Source: Haliotis rubra (lineage: Eukaryota). From it: 64,000 nt of DNA. The stretch lies in the NCBI RefSeq assembly GCF_003918875.1, contig NW_025767001.1:992001-1056000 (forward strand). Reading direction: 5' to 3'. The notes under the pieces are model-generated. The model ran no database searches. It was not told the DNA's origin and saw nothing but the letters and a program-made list of their open reading frames with translations. Positions 37,886 to 51,628 of the stretch are shown one piece after another (positions within the stretch are counted from its first letter, which is position 1; every line of letters begins with the position of its first letter). Position numbers and translations under genes: made by a program.

Positions 37886-38151
37886 TCATCAACGTATGAT
37901 CGTGATCAAAAATAAAATATCTGTCAAGTACATTTCGATTGTTCAAATAACTCCAGCAAACATTTTGCGATACGATCCATAGTGAACCCAAGACCACTTC
38001 TTGCCATAGTGTTTGTAGTTGATATTTCGTAGTATAATTAACGAAGGGACAGATTCAAGTTATTGTCATTTAGGGATAAGGGTCGTGTCAAGATATGCTC
38101 AACTAAATCTGAATCCGCCTTGGCGCTGTTCTTTAGTTTGTCCGTTCCCAT

Positions 38152-38282
38152 CCCGCCGAAGACCCGGGTTCGATTTCCCACATGGCTACAATGTGTGAAG
38201 CCCATTCCTGGTGTCCCCCCCGCCGTGATATTGCTGAAATATTGCTAAAACCGATGTAACATCAAAGGCACTCACTCACTCA
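38152..38282 (+). mobile_element. SINE family A, 5'-truncated
   Basis: B box through (ACTC)n tail. Confidence 0.85.
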
Positions 38283-40043
38283 CCATTCCCGTCCTCAGTG
38301 GTAACACCTCTAACCATGTACTTCATTATGTGCTTTTCTTCTGTATCTAAACTGACGCGTGATCATAAATAGGTTATTCTTCCAGTAATTAAGTTCATAG
38401 ACCATATGCATAACGATCTAATGTGAACAAACAATTACACGTATTCCTGTCCTCATATAATAAAAAAACAACAACTAATTTTAAAATCTCTATTTTGATA
38501 AATGTCCTCAAATGTTAATATTCCCAGTACTATTTTGCAATCTTCTTGATCTTGTGTTTCAACTAATCCAAGGACACATTTAAGTTGCAACAGAACTAAT
38601 GTCATCAGCACGAAGAAACCGATCGTTAAAATTAACTTGAGATATTTTCGAAGTCTTGATTCATCATGAAAGTTCAGATTGAACATAGCAACATGACTCG
38701 TTCAACAACGATATTGTAGCACGTAGACTGTCGTAAGTGTACCACTAATAAAAGTACTGTTCACAACAAGCAATTCCATTTTAATTCGCGACAGTACCTT
38801 CGTGCCACAAACGTAATTGCTTGGAAAGCAAACGGAGAGCCATATGGTCACAATCAGTACGCAAATTTATGCCTGTCAGTTGTGGAGGAATTTATGCTTG
38901 TTTTGGAGCAGACTATATACAGGTTGTCAAACTACAATCACTCTGAGGAACAGAACCATGAATTCCTTGTCGCAACTGGACCAATCATACATGCTTCAAA
39001 TGCACATTAGGCTTGCTTTAGAGGCTGAAACTAACTGCGTCAAACATGCATTTGATAAATACATCAGTAGGAGTGTGTTTAAATTGTAAAACATAAAAAG
39101 TACCGTTAATCCTTCAATTTATTCCATGATTAACTCGTTTACGATAATTAAAACAGAATGGATTCTTTGCAGCGCCTAATGTATGATCAATTTTAGCACA
39201 CAAACGTATTCTCAAGAATGTATTGGATATAATGCTGGGTTTCCTGGTCATGACATAAATCAATTCCAGTTCGTCTCGACATTCGTTCATAAATAAACGT
39301 CTCTGATAACATCTTGCAGACAGAATATTGATATCAATTAAGCTCGAGAAACAAAATTGAAAAAATAACCTTCAATTGCCTTATAGAAGGTTTCATTTTA
39401 AAAGAGTATTTGCGAAAAAACGCATGCTATAGACTTAATCTCCTCTCGTTAACCGATGTTTTCTGTTCATATTTGCTGTCTCGTTTCCCGCTGGCGCATA
39501 ACAATATTCAAGTTATCATATGAGAACCACAATAAAGTCTCTAACTTGCCTCACAAAAATACATTAATTGTTTCGGCTATTGACAAGAATGGCTTTATGT
39601 CCATATAAAGTGGTACTTCCCAATTTGTTTGGAAAAAGCAATATCAGCTTTTCGTGCGGTGGTTTGGAATGGCGATATTGAAGAGACGTATCTCTGTGCT
39701 TTGTATCATTACGAAACCGTATTTGAGGGATGGGATGGGTCTTTCATTAGCAAACGGCAGTCTATATTCGACTAAGCATGAGTTCCGTTACATGCTCTGA
39801 ATTGAATTAAAAGATATGCTGTTGGCGATTTGCATTGTCATATTTAGATTCCAATTCTTCTTTCTGGAACTGAAGCAATCCATTTTTTATTTAATGTGAT
39901 TGGTCTAAGACTTGAAAGCAGTTTAACTAACATATTTATAGCTTTGGATAATTCAGCTTCTCTTTAAAGAAGTAACAGCCTTTTTCACATTTCGGTTTGA
40001 GGATTAAATATATTTTAAGACACTGTATTGATGTGATTACCTT

Positions 40044-40214
40044 ATAGAACAAACTTTATGGATAACAACTTCTTTTTATTCGTGAGTGCGACGTTTCGAT
40101 ACGGATTCTTGTACCGTTGTACGAAACGTCGCACTCACGAATAAAAAGAAGTTGTTATCCATAAAGTTTGTTCTATATTGTACTTCCCAACTTCTAAAAT
40201 GCCACTCAAAGAAA
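40044..40214. mobile_element. Penelope-like insertion consisting of inverted terminal sequences
   Basis: Perfect 56-bp inverted arms 40043-40098 and 40122-40177, CGAAACGTCGC...AATAAA motif, flanking direct repeat ATGTGATTACCTT. Confidence 0.7.
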
Positions 40215-40613
40215 TGTGATTACCTTGTTGTAATTTTGATGCTGAATTCTCTTAAAGTATTAACTGGACACAATCAATTAATGAGGAAATACAATAAAAT
40301 TGACGTATATCACTGGGGTTTCAAATAATCAAAAACCTTCGTTTTGATGAAGTACATGGCTTTGTTCCTGAGCGATCTTGTATCCATGTATACAAGTCAC
40401 CCTTCCTTATGCCTAGTTGATGGAGGCAAGACATAACGTTTCCTTGACTTTCGCTGACATATAATGTAACAATCGACTATATTTTCCTGAACTATTTGAA
40501 GTATACAAATACTTCAGCAAATAGCGGTTCAGGCGTATTCCACACGTCAAGACTCGGGACCTATACATAGCCAAAGACATACAACTATGGTCTCATTTCT
40601 CCCGTACCTCCTA

Positions 40614-40848
40614 CCCGTGAAGGTCCGGGTTAGAATATTGGTCTTCAGTAACCCATGCTTGTCGTAAGAGGCGACTAACTGGATCGGGTGGTCAGGCTTG
40701 CTGACTTGGTTGACACATGTCATCATATGCCAGAAGCAAAGATTGATGTTCATGCTGTTGATCACTGAATTGTCTGGTCCAGGCTCGATTATTTACAGAC
40801 CGCCGCCATGTAGCTGGAATATTGCTGAGTGCGGCGTTAAACAAGAAA
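40614..40848 (+). mobile_element. Family B retroposon, full length
   Basis: CCCGTGAAGGTCCGGGTTAG start and shared tail. Confidence 0.9.
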
Positions 40849-40924
40849 CTACTTATGTCATGACTACCTGTTGTTTTGAGTCTTGAACAGACAAGCCGAT
40901 AGATGTTCGCATCAGCAATACATC

Positions 40925-41743
40925 TGTTATAGTCACTAATTCAGGACAGCCATCGCCCAAATATTTAAAAAGTAAAAACCTATGTAGTCAAGACATGCGA
41001 GAGTTTATTGTAATTATTTATAAGACGCTAATCTGTATTCTATGTAATCCTTATCACTTCCGCATTGTACATTGACTTGTCAGGCAATTAATTACTGTAT
41101 CTGACATTTAAAACCCTTTTTGGCCATTGCCCTTGGCCGTGTCTGCCATCATATCAACTGGTCAAGGAAGTGCTATTGTTTTTCTAATTGTCCATTGTTG
41201 AGTCGTCACCTGTCCATTGTTGTCAAAAACTGTATATATACTTAGTATGCTCACATCTATACGGAAGGAAGAAAAACAGAGTACGAGTCCGGTATTCCGA
41301 CTGTCTGTAGGGACGACCACGAGCAGGAGAATGCCGCTCGTAGGAAACGCACTGGGGTTGAGCAGGTACTCCGCTCACCTCGCTTATGTCTTGTGTATTT
41401 GTTTGTCATGTACTAAAGAAGTTTGAACTCAACGTATTCCTTCGTCTTGTCAACGTATTGTACGTACACCTCATCTTAAACATGAGCTAATTCCCCAATC
41501 GACCATATACCACGCGTTGATACATCCACAGCATTTGTGTAGTATCACATAATCAACCACGCAAAGAGTCTGGTCGCCAGATTCTAGTGTTAGTTGGTTG
41601 TTCTGACATGTCCTGTTGGAGGAGCCCTTAGTCTGGACCGGGATGCTTGCGCTGTGAATTATTTCGAAAATATATTCTGAAGACACTGACATTAAATACG
41701 TCAGACAACTAAATGTCAGATGCCTTGAGTTAGGATATATCAC
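40925..41743 (+). mobile_element. Possible solo LTR
   Basis: TGTTATA...TATATCAC ends, internal TATATATA and ATTAAA near the 3' end; no TSD found. Confidence 0.3.
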
Positions 41744-41788
41744 GGGGGCAAGCAGTTATCTCTTTTATATATTTTGTTCATAGTAATG

Positions 41789-41988
41789 TTTGTTTGTTTG
41801 GCTTTGTTCATTGTTTAGCGCTTCACTCAGCAATATTCCATCTATTTGCCTGTGAGCATCGATCTACGCAACTGGGATACGATGACATGCATCAACCATA
41901 TCATCGATCCTGACTACCTCACCTCGTTAGTCGGCACTTACGACACTCAGCGTTTCCTGAAAACAGTTGTTACTCTTACCTTCACGGG
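41789..41988 (-). mobile_element. Family B retroposon, old
   Basis: Ends CTTCACGGG on the plus strand; diverged body. Confidence 0.75.
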
Positions 41989-42571
41989 TCTGTTTACAGT
42001 TATGGGTATTTTGTGTTGAATTAAGGTGTTTGCGACGGCAATCTGCTGTTAAGACATTATAGAAATACTGGTGAACATATGTTTTGTCTGGAATGGATAT
42101 TCAATGATAGTTTTACAACATGTCTGAAGAGGTACCTGTAAGTACGGAAATTAACTAGGCAGGCTTCAGTTGGGTTTATCAAACCCGATAAATTGCTGTT
42201 GCCAAAAAGCGAAAGCTGCTGTAAAAAATATGAATGATACTTTTCTGTTCAACAGCGTTGAAGATAATTTTTTATTTTTTTGCAATGTGTAAGAAGGGTA
42301 GTCTTGAAAGGTCTGAACCGAAATATGACGAACTGTGTTAATGGCGTTGATGCCACCGGTGGGACAGGATAAACGTATTCCGGCGAACACCCGGTATTAT
42401 CCCCGCTAACAATTTCGCGTTGTCACAACGTTATGCTTTCGTTGTTACAGCGTTATTCTTTGGACTCCCATTTACGTTGTCCCAACGGTTTAGCGACGTC
42501 ATCTTTACGTCGCCACAAGGTTAAAGTTATTTGACGCGTATTTTACATTGTATTCGCGTTCTATTTAACGT

Positions 42572-42745
42572 GGGGCGGTGGGGTAGCCTAATGGTTAAGG
42601 CGTTCGCTCGTCACGCCGAAAACCAGGGTTCGATTCCCCACATGGGCACAATGTGTTAAGTCCATTTCTGGTGTCGCCCGCCGTGATATTGCTGGAATAT
42701 TGCTAAAAGCGGTGTAAAAGTAAACTCACTCACTCACTCACTCAC
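42572..42745 (+). mobile_element. SINE family A
   Basis: TSD TCTATTTAACG. Confidence 0.93.
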
Positions 42746-42974
42746 TCTATTTAACGCTAATAGTTGAATAGTTTTCCCAGTAGTCAGTACATAAGCAGAT
42801 ATTCACTTCAATGCTAAAGTGTATTTGCATGTTGTTTTGGTCGTGTGTTTTCTGAAGCTGTAGTTGAATAGTGGAGAAAGAACCTGAGAGTGAAAACTTT
42901 TACAGACAAACTTTGTTGTGACAGCAATCTATAAGAAACGTTGTTATAGCGTTGTGAGGAGTCCAAAACATGTG

Positions 42975-43560
42975 GTGAGTCCCTTCTTAAGTATGGAAAG
43001 AGGTATACAGATGGCGCAAGCTCCGGTGAATACGGAGGATTTTTGATGAGTTCAAAGTTTCCTCTGATTCATAGGCAGGAGTGAACAAAAGACTCATCCC
43101 TGGTCAAAAATCTTTCAACATGTCATCTTGGTCTGCTACAAAACCATATAAATTCTCACCAGGGATGAACTTAAAGCGTTTCTGATCAGGATTCAGTAGC
43201 CTGTTCAGTGCTGATACCTTGGTCGTGCAAGTTCCGCGTCACACTGTTTTCAGTTTTCTTATGAAAATGGTTACAGTATCAGCTATTTGATGTCTAGTGA
43301 CTGGACGATTTCTGGAATGTTAATTTGATAAATTTTCTCTAAATATACTTTCTCGGTGGCAGTGTAAGGTCTTCGTGATATCTTCGAGAATTGCTTTTCC
43401 TCTCTAGAATCCCACCGTCGGCTATTTAAGAAAGGAGAATCAACCCCTTAATCTGACATATAGTTCGCATGAATGCCTATTGGAGTTAGTCCTTTTAGTG
43501 GGAGTCCCTTGATGACGGTTCGGAAGCTACTTTTTCCACTTTAATGCCTGCTGCCAAAAG
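42975..43560 (-). mobile_element. Decayed mariner transposase
   Basis: Minus-strand fragments RLLNPDQKR, ERFLTRDESFVH and FELIKNPPYSPELAPS.YLFP match the WVPxxL, TGDExW and YSPDLAP regions. Confidence 0.8.
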
Positions 43561-43706
43561 GTGTAGCCTGGGGGTTTATATGTTTCAAATGCGCCCTATA
43601 AATCTGAAAATTACTGTAACTGACATAATCAAAATGTTAAATGAATATTATGTTTTATGCTTTATTTCTGTTCATGCCCAGGCGTTTTCAGCCATCTCCC
43701 ATTTAA

Positions 43707-43877
43707 GAGTGAGTGAGAGAGTGAGTTTGTTTTTACGCCGCTTTTAGCAATATTCCAGCAATATCACGGCGGGAAACACCAGAAATGGGCTTCACACATT
43801 GTGGCCATGTGGGGAATCGAACCCTGGTCTTCGGCGTGACGAGCGAACGCTTTAACCACTAGGCTACCCCACCGCCC
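43707..43877 (-). mobile_element. SINE family A
   Basis: TSD CATTTAAGA. Confidence 0.93.
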
Positions 43878-44267
43878 TCTCATTTAAGAAATCGTAGAAT
43901 ATAGCAAATAAATGCAACACATAAACACTTCTTCATAAAACCGATATTTGATATTCTATGTTTAAGTATTTGGCTCTGAAAGTAATAGAAAGTATTTTAT
44001 TATAATTTTAAAAGGTTTTTTTAAATGGGATGCTCCTGAGCAGTACTATTAAGACAAAACCAGGCTATCTCATGTCTTCATTTTAACCTTTAATATTTGA
44101 AATCAATGTCTATCAAACTGTATCAAGCATTTCTAAGCAATGCAACACTAATATTAAACATCATATTTTAGATTTCAGGTGAGATGAACCCAAAGATGAA
44201 GGTATGTTTAAGATTCCGTGCACGATAATGTAAATGAGGATGTTAGTGTTTTTCGCACAAAGCAACG

Positions 44268-45610
44268 AACAGCAAAGGGAACAGAGCAACATAAAAGCAA
44301 GGAAAGATTAACAGGCAAGGCGAGGCGAGGCGAGGCGAGGCGAGGCGAGGCGAGGCGCACAGCAAAGGGAACAGAGCAACATAAAAGCAAAGAAAGACAT
44401 GACCTTTTACCTCAATTCAGAGTATGTAATCCGTAAAAGATTAACAGGCAAAGGCAAGGCAAGGCAAGGCAAGGCAAGGCAAGGCAAGGCAAGGCAAGGC
44501 AAGGCAAGGCAAGGCAAGGCAAGAGGCAAGGCAAGAACAGAAAAGGAACAGCAAGGCAAGGCAAGGCAAGGCGAGGCGAGGCGAGGCGAGGCGAGGCGAG
44601 GCGAGGCGAGGCGAGGCGAGGCGAGGCGAGGCGAGGCGCACAGCAAAGGGAACAGAGCAACATAAAAGCAAAGAAAGACATGATCTTTTACCTCAATTCA
44701 GGTATGTAATCCGTAAAGATTAAAGGCAAGGCAAGGGCAAGGCAAGGCAAGGCAAGGCAAGGCAAGGCAGGCAGCAAGGCAAGGAGCAAGGCAAGGCGAA
44801 GGCGAGGCGAGGCGAGGCAGGCAAGGCGAGGGAGGCGAGGCGAGGCACAGCAGCAAGGGAACAGAGCAACATAAAGCAAAGAAAGACATGACCTTTTACC
44901 TCAATTCAGGTATGCACATCCGTAAAAAGATTAACAGGCAAGCAAGGCAAGGCAAGGCAAGGCGAATTCAGGAGGCGAGGCGAGAGGCAAGGCAAGGCGA
45001 GGCAAGGCGCAAGGGAACAGGCGAGCAACATAAAAGCAAAGGAACAGAGCAACATAAAAAGCAAAGAAAGACATGACCTTTTACCTCAATTCAGAGTATG
45101 TTATCCGTAAAAGATTAACAGGCAAGGCAAGGCAAGGCAAGGCAAGGCAAGGCGAGGCGAGGCGAGGCGAGGCGAGGCGAGGCGAGGCGAGGCGAGGCGA
45201 GGCGAGGCGCACAGCAAAGGGAACAGAGCAACATAAAAGCAAAGAAAGACATGACCTTTTACCTCAATTCAGAGTATGTAATCCGTAAAAGATTAAAAGG
45301 CAAGGCAAGGCGAGGCGAGGCGAGGCGAGAAAGGCAACAGAGCAACATAAAACCAATAAAGACTGACCTTTTACCTCAATTCAGAGTATGTTATCCGTAA
45401 AAGATTAACAGGCGAGGCGAGGCGAGGCGAGGCGAGAAAGGCAACAGAGCAACATAAAACCAATAAAGACTGACCTTTTACCTCAATTCAGAGTATGTAA
45501 TCCGTAAAAGATTAACAGGCGAGGCGAGGCGTGGCGTGGCGTGGCGTGGCGTGGCGTGGCGTGGCGTGGCGTGGCGTGGCGTGGCGTGGCGAGGCGAGGC
45601 GAAGCAAGGC
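44268..45610. repeat. Composite tandem repeat with embedded (GCAAG)n, (GCGAG)n and (GCGTG)n microsatellites
   Basis: Anchor GACCTTTTACCTCAATTCAGAGTATGTAATCCGTAAAAGATTAACAG recurs about 7 times, separated by pentamer tracts. Confidence 0.95.
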
Positions 45611-48107
45611 AACATTCTTTTTCGAAAGCAAACCAAAGAAATCATTTGAAAAACATTGACACTGCAAAACAAGGTATTAAAAACAAACAAAAACCCAGGA
45701 AACAACTTGTTGAAGATAAGCAAAGGGCAGTGAAAAGAAACAACTTAACTCATTCGTGCTCATTATTCAGAAAACAATTGTAATCCTTGCTCATCAATCT
45801 TTCTAAAGCGGCATGCACATGTACTTGATGTTTTGAAAGACAATATTGATTCTGCCCTTCTTGATACTCCCGGCACGACGATTGGGTGATGCGGCTCTCT
45901 CAGCTACTTACGGCATCCGCTTCACGTCAGGACAAAAAAGAACATGGTGGATTTTAAGTGTATCTTCAAGAAAAGTTTCGATTCGGAAGTCATGCAGCGT
46001 TTGAAAAAAAATGTGACACAGGTCTTATTTTCATTAGAAACAAATCAGCAAGGGCGCTTTTTACAACGTGTTCCATGAAAAAAAGCCGCTATAAATTAGA
46101 TTTATAAAATGAAACACAGGACAGACCATGATTGTATGTTATGTCTCTTCAATTCTCCTTCTTTAAGCAGTATAAAATTGGCATGGAATCAGGGGGTTCC
46201 TGTATTACAGAACACTAAACTAATCAATAAAATCATGGGAATGTCATTTTTATGGTTTGTTCTTTACTTTTCAACAAGACATGGTAATGCTTTATCAAAA
46301 CAAGCTGAACGAAATTAATCACAAACTGTTTTCTAACATATGGTGTTGCTGTTGATTTTATAATTAATACCACGTTGGTTTTAAAAATGATATCATGAAG
46401 AGGAGCGTAAGGGATGGGGTCGGGCGGGTCGGGGTTCGGTGGGGAAGTCGGCTTTGAGTTGAGTGGAGCTGAGTGAGTAGGTTTGGACAAGGATGAGCCA
46501 GTGTGGAGAGGAGTGGAGAAGGGTGGGATGGGTCGGGAGTAGTCGGAACTGGGTGGGTGTTGGGAAAGGGTGGGATGGGTGGAGATGAATACGGTAGAAT
46601 GGGGTGGAGGAGAGTTGGATTTGGTTTGATTGGGATGTTTTGGGTTAGTCAGTGTTCGCGGTAGGTTTTGTACGAGCGCGTGCAGAAATACAATTATAGC
46701 TATGTAGTCCAAATCTTCTGCGTGTGAAATTTTCATTACAATAACATCATTTTGAACAATGAGAATTTCCAAGCTTCGATGTATTTTCGTCTGTGAGCAG
46801 CCTAGTAGCTTTTTTTTATTTTTTTTTATGTAAAGGTACTTTTTAAAAAATTAAGTAAATCAGAATCCCTGCAATATATTTTGCGTGTTTTCATGATTTT
46901 TTTGGCGTGAAAAACGCATGTTTCTGCGTTAACGCGCACACCGGGTAGTGAAGGGATGAAGGTCGGTTTCGGACTTGGTTATGGTAGGGGTGGGTTGACC
47001 ACGGGTTTGGTGTTGGAATGACCAGGAATCATAATCCAGATTTGGCAGAACCAGTTGTTGGAGGCAGCCAAGACACGTAACGTGACGTTCATCAGTACAC
47101 TCAGAACTCGTACATGTAGAGGTACTGACCATCACTGAGTCTCGGGGCCAAAATGCCTTTAAGTTTAATGTTTTAGTGATCTGTAGAATGTTTTCATTTG
47201 TATAATTATACATACTGAAAATGTCAGAGTCTATTTTGTTAGTATTTCTGCAATATGCTGTAAATATCTCATGCCATTTGGCATTTTCCATAAATAGCGA
47301 ACATTTATAACATTTTGATCTATAATCAAACGTAAACCGACACACAAGCGTTGTAAATAACAATTTATATTCCTGAAGAAACGGTTTTGTATATATTGCA
47401 TGCATTTATCCTTTATTACGGTATTTCGAAACAGCTTTCATCTTTAGTATGCATTCTTAAATGTGTTTGTTCTTTGATAAATTACACTGTATAGTTTGTA
47501 TTTAACAGGAAAAAATAATTTCACAATATGAAACTATTGGCGAAGGGGGCAAGCCATTTCCAACAGTTGATACAACTGAGTACTCTATATTTAGCACTGA
47601 CCACTTGTTTCCAGTCAGGGGTGCTATCCTTATTTGACTCAAAGTTCAAGGTTTTTAAGGTGTGGCGATGAAAGCTGGGGTGATCTTACGAGTTTGTATT
47701 CTGTTTACTAGTGACACTCTGACCTGTTATAAGTGGGTATAATGTAGCGTGATGTTTCTGGAACACTGTTAATACAGCAAAAATATACAGTTTACTCTCT
47801 CACCTCCTATAACGCCACAGTGCTAGGTTGGCTCTTTTTTATCTTTCAGTCATACAACAGATCTAGTGATACTAGAAGCACTCATGGCCTAAACAAATGA
47901 AATTGTGTCATTAGTACAATTGATGCAAATTATCGCGTCTTTGGGGTTTGCCCCAACTAAGAAGGGTCTTTCGGGAGCTTTGATCCGTCTGAGAATAACT
48001 ACACGTAGGTGGTGTGTGAATTACACAGTGCTACCGACTCCCTGGGGCACTTTAACCCCTAGATACCCCACCGCCCCCACCCTGTGTAATGCGATATCAG
48101 ATCAATG

Positions 48108-48336
48108 ATCTCTCTCTCTGTGTCTCTGTCCCTCTCTCTCTGTCCCTCTCTCTCTCCCTCTCTCTCTCTCTCCTCCTCTCTCCCCCCTCTGGTCCCCTCT
48201 CCCCTCTCTCCTCCCCCTCTCTCTCTCTTCAGTTGTTCTCTATAGCCCAATTTTACTCTCTCTTCTACTCTCTCTCTAGCTAGTTCTCTCTCCCTCTCTC
48301 TCTCCTCAGAGTTTTATATATTATATGTATGTATTA

Positions 48337-48376
<40 letters not shown>
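48108..48376. repeat. (CT)n-rich microsatellite
   Basis: Direct observation. Confidence 0.95.
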
Positions 48377-48379
<3 letters not shown>

Positions 48380-48940
48380 ATAGAGTGGGAAACGCGTGAG
48401 TGACTATTGCTGAAGGCCATGCCAGCAATTCTGCAGCTGTTCGCGGCGAGAATGGTAAATGACATTGTTGTGAATGATAGCATATATTTGGTCCAATCAT
48501 CCAATGTTTCTTTAATTGTTAGGATGCACATCGAAGAGTGGTGGAAACATTCCGCTTTGTGACGTGAACAAAACTGAGCACAACAACGTGTATCTATTTC
48601 TGTTTCTTTTATGCACTTGAAAATTGAAACAATCATTGTGAAATTTGTTGTTTTATTCAACCATCTCTCATTCCTGCATATTGTTGATTTTCTGATATGA
48701 GATGTTTCAGATACCCAAGAATGGCGCCTTGTGCTTATCAAATTTTAACCTCATGATCGAAACTCAGTGATTAATTTTATGGAATGCAAACTGGATATTT
48801 CTTCACAGGCGCACTATTTGTCATTATTGTAATAATATTTCGTATCACCGGAATAATGTGTTGTTCATTTTATAAGCATTAGAACACACGCAGCTGTCTT
48901 CATTCACCAATTGTGACGATACTTCTTGCTTCTGTTTCAG

Positions 48941-49089
48941 ATGGCGGAGAAACTAGTATCATCCCACCTTTAAAACACACAGACGAGAAATTGGCGTTCT
49001 CAATGGCACCAGTTGTCCTACCCTCTTGGTTATCGGAATTTCTGCTCGAATTGGCGAATTCAAAACAAGATTATATGACCAAGAAATGA
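48941..49089 (+). CDS. Candidate terminal coding exon, unknown product
   Basis: Strong acceptor CTTCTTGCTTCTGTTTCAG; phase-1 frame GGETSIIPPLKHTDEKLAFSMAPVVLPSWLSEFLLELANSKQDYMTKK*; no upstream partner exon confirmed. Confidence 0.3.
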
Positions 49090-50361
49090 AACTGAAGCCT
49101 CGGCCACACCGATGATCTCGTATAACTGTCAAGTAGCCAATTTCCTTCCACTTACTTACCCAGGAGACCAGTCAAGTCGCCTAAACTGTTTCACAATTAG
49201 ATCCACGTATAAAGACTAAGAGAAGCAAGAAAATATCCACAAGACTATGACAATTTAACTTTCTAATAATTTACGTCCCTTTTGTGTCGAGCAATATATC
49301 AGCATCTTCAGGCTTTGATGTCTACAGTTCACCACTAATGAGGTGCAATCTGGCATGCACGTTCTTCAAAGATTTCAAAGAGCATCGCAATACTCTTGCT
49401 GACAGGTCGTTTCATGGGGGTTACTGCGTTTAATGCCTAAGTAAGGTAAGGCTATAAAACTAATATATGATTGACGCATCAGTGACAAATATGATGTCCG
49501 ATGAACTTCCCTATATACTTTATTTGTGTCATATATTACATTTGTTACATTTATTTTTCTGTTGAACAATTGATGTACCTTTGCACTACTTTCAGTCGTT
49601 AGCATGAAGGAACGCTTGCTTTTAACGATACATGCAACAATATTCTAGCTGTGTCATGGCGATTAGTAAATTCGAATCTGGACCCGATAATTCAGTGACT
49701 GACTTCGATCATCGATCTTCGCAATTAGAATAATTGACATGACATGCATGAACTAAAACCCGAAAGTACATGTTGGATTATTGGCGAATTCCGTTCATCT
49801 CGTAGGTTTGAAATCTACAACCTCAATTGTTGACTGAATGAATGTTCTTCTCATTGAATCGCCAGTGTTCATGCAAAGATTTGAAGTAGTTCGGTCCTCT
49901 GACACTTGTATAGTTTGCGTTTTGCTTTCGTAAGCTGACATACGGTATGAACTGTATCAACACCAGCTTACTCACACACGTTAACATGCATTACGGAGCT
50001 GACTTTGAGTACACTTTGTGGACACATATCTGCAGTTTATTAGGATAATTAAGTCGGACTGTAACTAATTACCCAAGAGGACAAATGACAGTCTCCGGTT
50101 TCATAGAGTGCCTGTGAGCAACTGTATTGCTCCGACCTCCATCACGGAGATGTCCTGTTTCATCAAACAAGACTGAGTGCTGTGTTCGTGAAATTGACGA
50201 ATGTGCTGGAAAAGTGAACGTTGACTATTCCGAGAACACTTTCGACATGTTCACCAACAGCGTTTCATTCCTTTGGTGTAAATATTCGTTAACAATACCA
50301 ACCTGTCCCGACCGTTGTTGTACGAGGGGAAATCGCTAAATGTAACATCAAATTCTGATAT

Positions 50362-50682
50362 GTGGTGGTGGAATTGGGTTTAACGTCGTGCTTGAGAATA
50401 TTTCGCTCATATGACGACGTGCATGCGTGTGTATGTGTATGTGCGGCTGCTTGTACTAGCCCAGACTGAAGCTGGTTTTATAGTGCTAGCCCACTGAGAT
50501 ACCATGCCGCAGTGAAGCATGAATACCCCACTCAGACACATTATACTGACTCCGAGCCGACCAGTCCTTGTTGTACCCATTAATGCCGAGCACCAGGCAG
50601 GGACCAACAAGTACCATATTTTAACGTCTTTTGGTATGACGCGGTCGGGCGGACGCTCTAACCACTACACCACGGAGGCGGT
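50362..50682 (-). mobile_element. SINE family C with deleted B box
   Basis: TSD TCAAATTC(T/C)GATATGT; absent from the paralogous segment. Confidence 0.9.
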
Positions 50683-51628
50683 CAAATTCCGATATGTAAA
50701 CATAGACCAAGTGGAAAGCGAGTGAGATGCCTTTACCATAGTTTTGAACTATATTTTTAGTTGCAGATAGGCGTGCCAGTTTATAGTTGACATGTGTAAA
50801 GCTTTCTTTACGCAACTGGAGAAACCCATGACGGGATGCAAGACCGAAGGACAGAACTTAAGTGATAATAACTGGTGATAACACACAACTAAAGGATGCC
50901 ATTTGAGTTTCGGCTACAGACCAACTGGTCACCTAATGGAAAGAGAGCAGGGGTATGAACCTTGATTTCTTTAATTTCCGTTTACAAGTATGTCATCAAG
51001 TGAATAAGAGAGTCCTAATCTGTATGAATTCCTAAGATGCGATACATTCGTATTGCACAAATTTAGACACAGAAATGTATTTACCATATACACTATTTCA
51101 ATTGTACTTATTGTTGTTTCAATTACTGATTTGAATGTAAGAAAAGGTGTCTCGACCCGAATGTCTGTTACCATGACAACGTATGACGTCATCGAAATTC
51201 ATAAAATGTTTGGTGACGACAGAACATCAAATTCTAAAAAGGGGTATTTATTTCATAGACGGATTAAGCATTCCTTCATGTACAATTCATTTAGTCACTG
51301 AGTAACTGAGATCGAACCGTCTCATATCCAGTGATCATGTAATGATTAAAAACGTCTGGAGGTTTGATTATTTGCCGACGAAACATACCATTTGACAAAA
51401 AAACATGTATATGACCATGTGTTCTTGCAAAGAAACATCCGATCACATGAAACATATTTTGGTCTACACATCACAGTGTCCAAGAGGTACTTCACACACG
51501 GAATGTCTTTGATAGTACAAAGGATCAATAAAACTTGTCTGTCCAGCCGTTCTTTGCTGAACTACTCAATGCAAATAGTCCTCATCACAGCCCTGAGAGG
51601 TTGAAGGTGAACGAGGCCTTGGCTTCAA

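Noticed and set aside
38750-40000. Decayed ankyrin-like coding region on the minus strand
   Set aside because: Only vague motif resemblance with stops in all frames
41311-41365. Exon with furin-like RRKR site
   Set aside because: Weak donor and located inside an LTR-like segment
44208-45783. ORFs with ARQGK/ARRGE/LASPR repeats
   Set aside because: Translations of pentanucleotide microsatellites
46233-46772. 179-aa Pro/Ser-rich ORF
   Set aside because: Antisense of a G-rich low-complexity tract; no evidence of coding constraint in the paralog at 59160-59430
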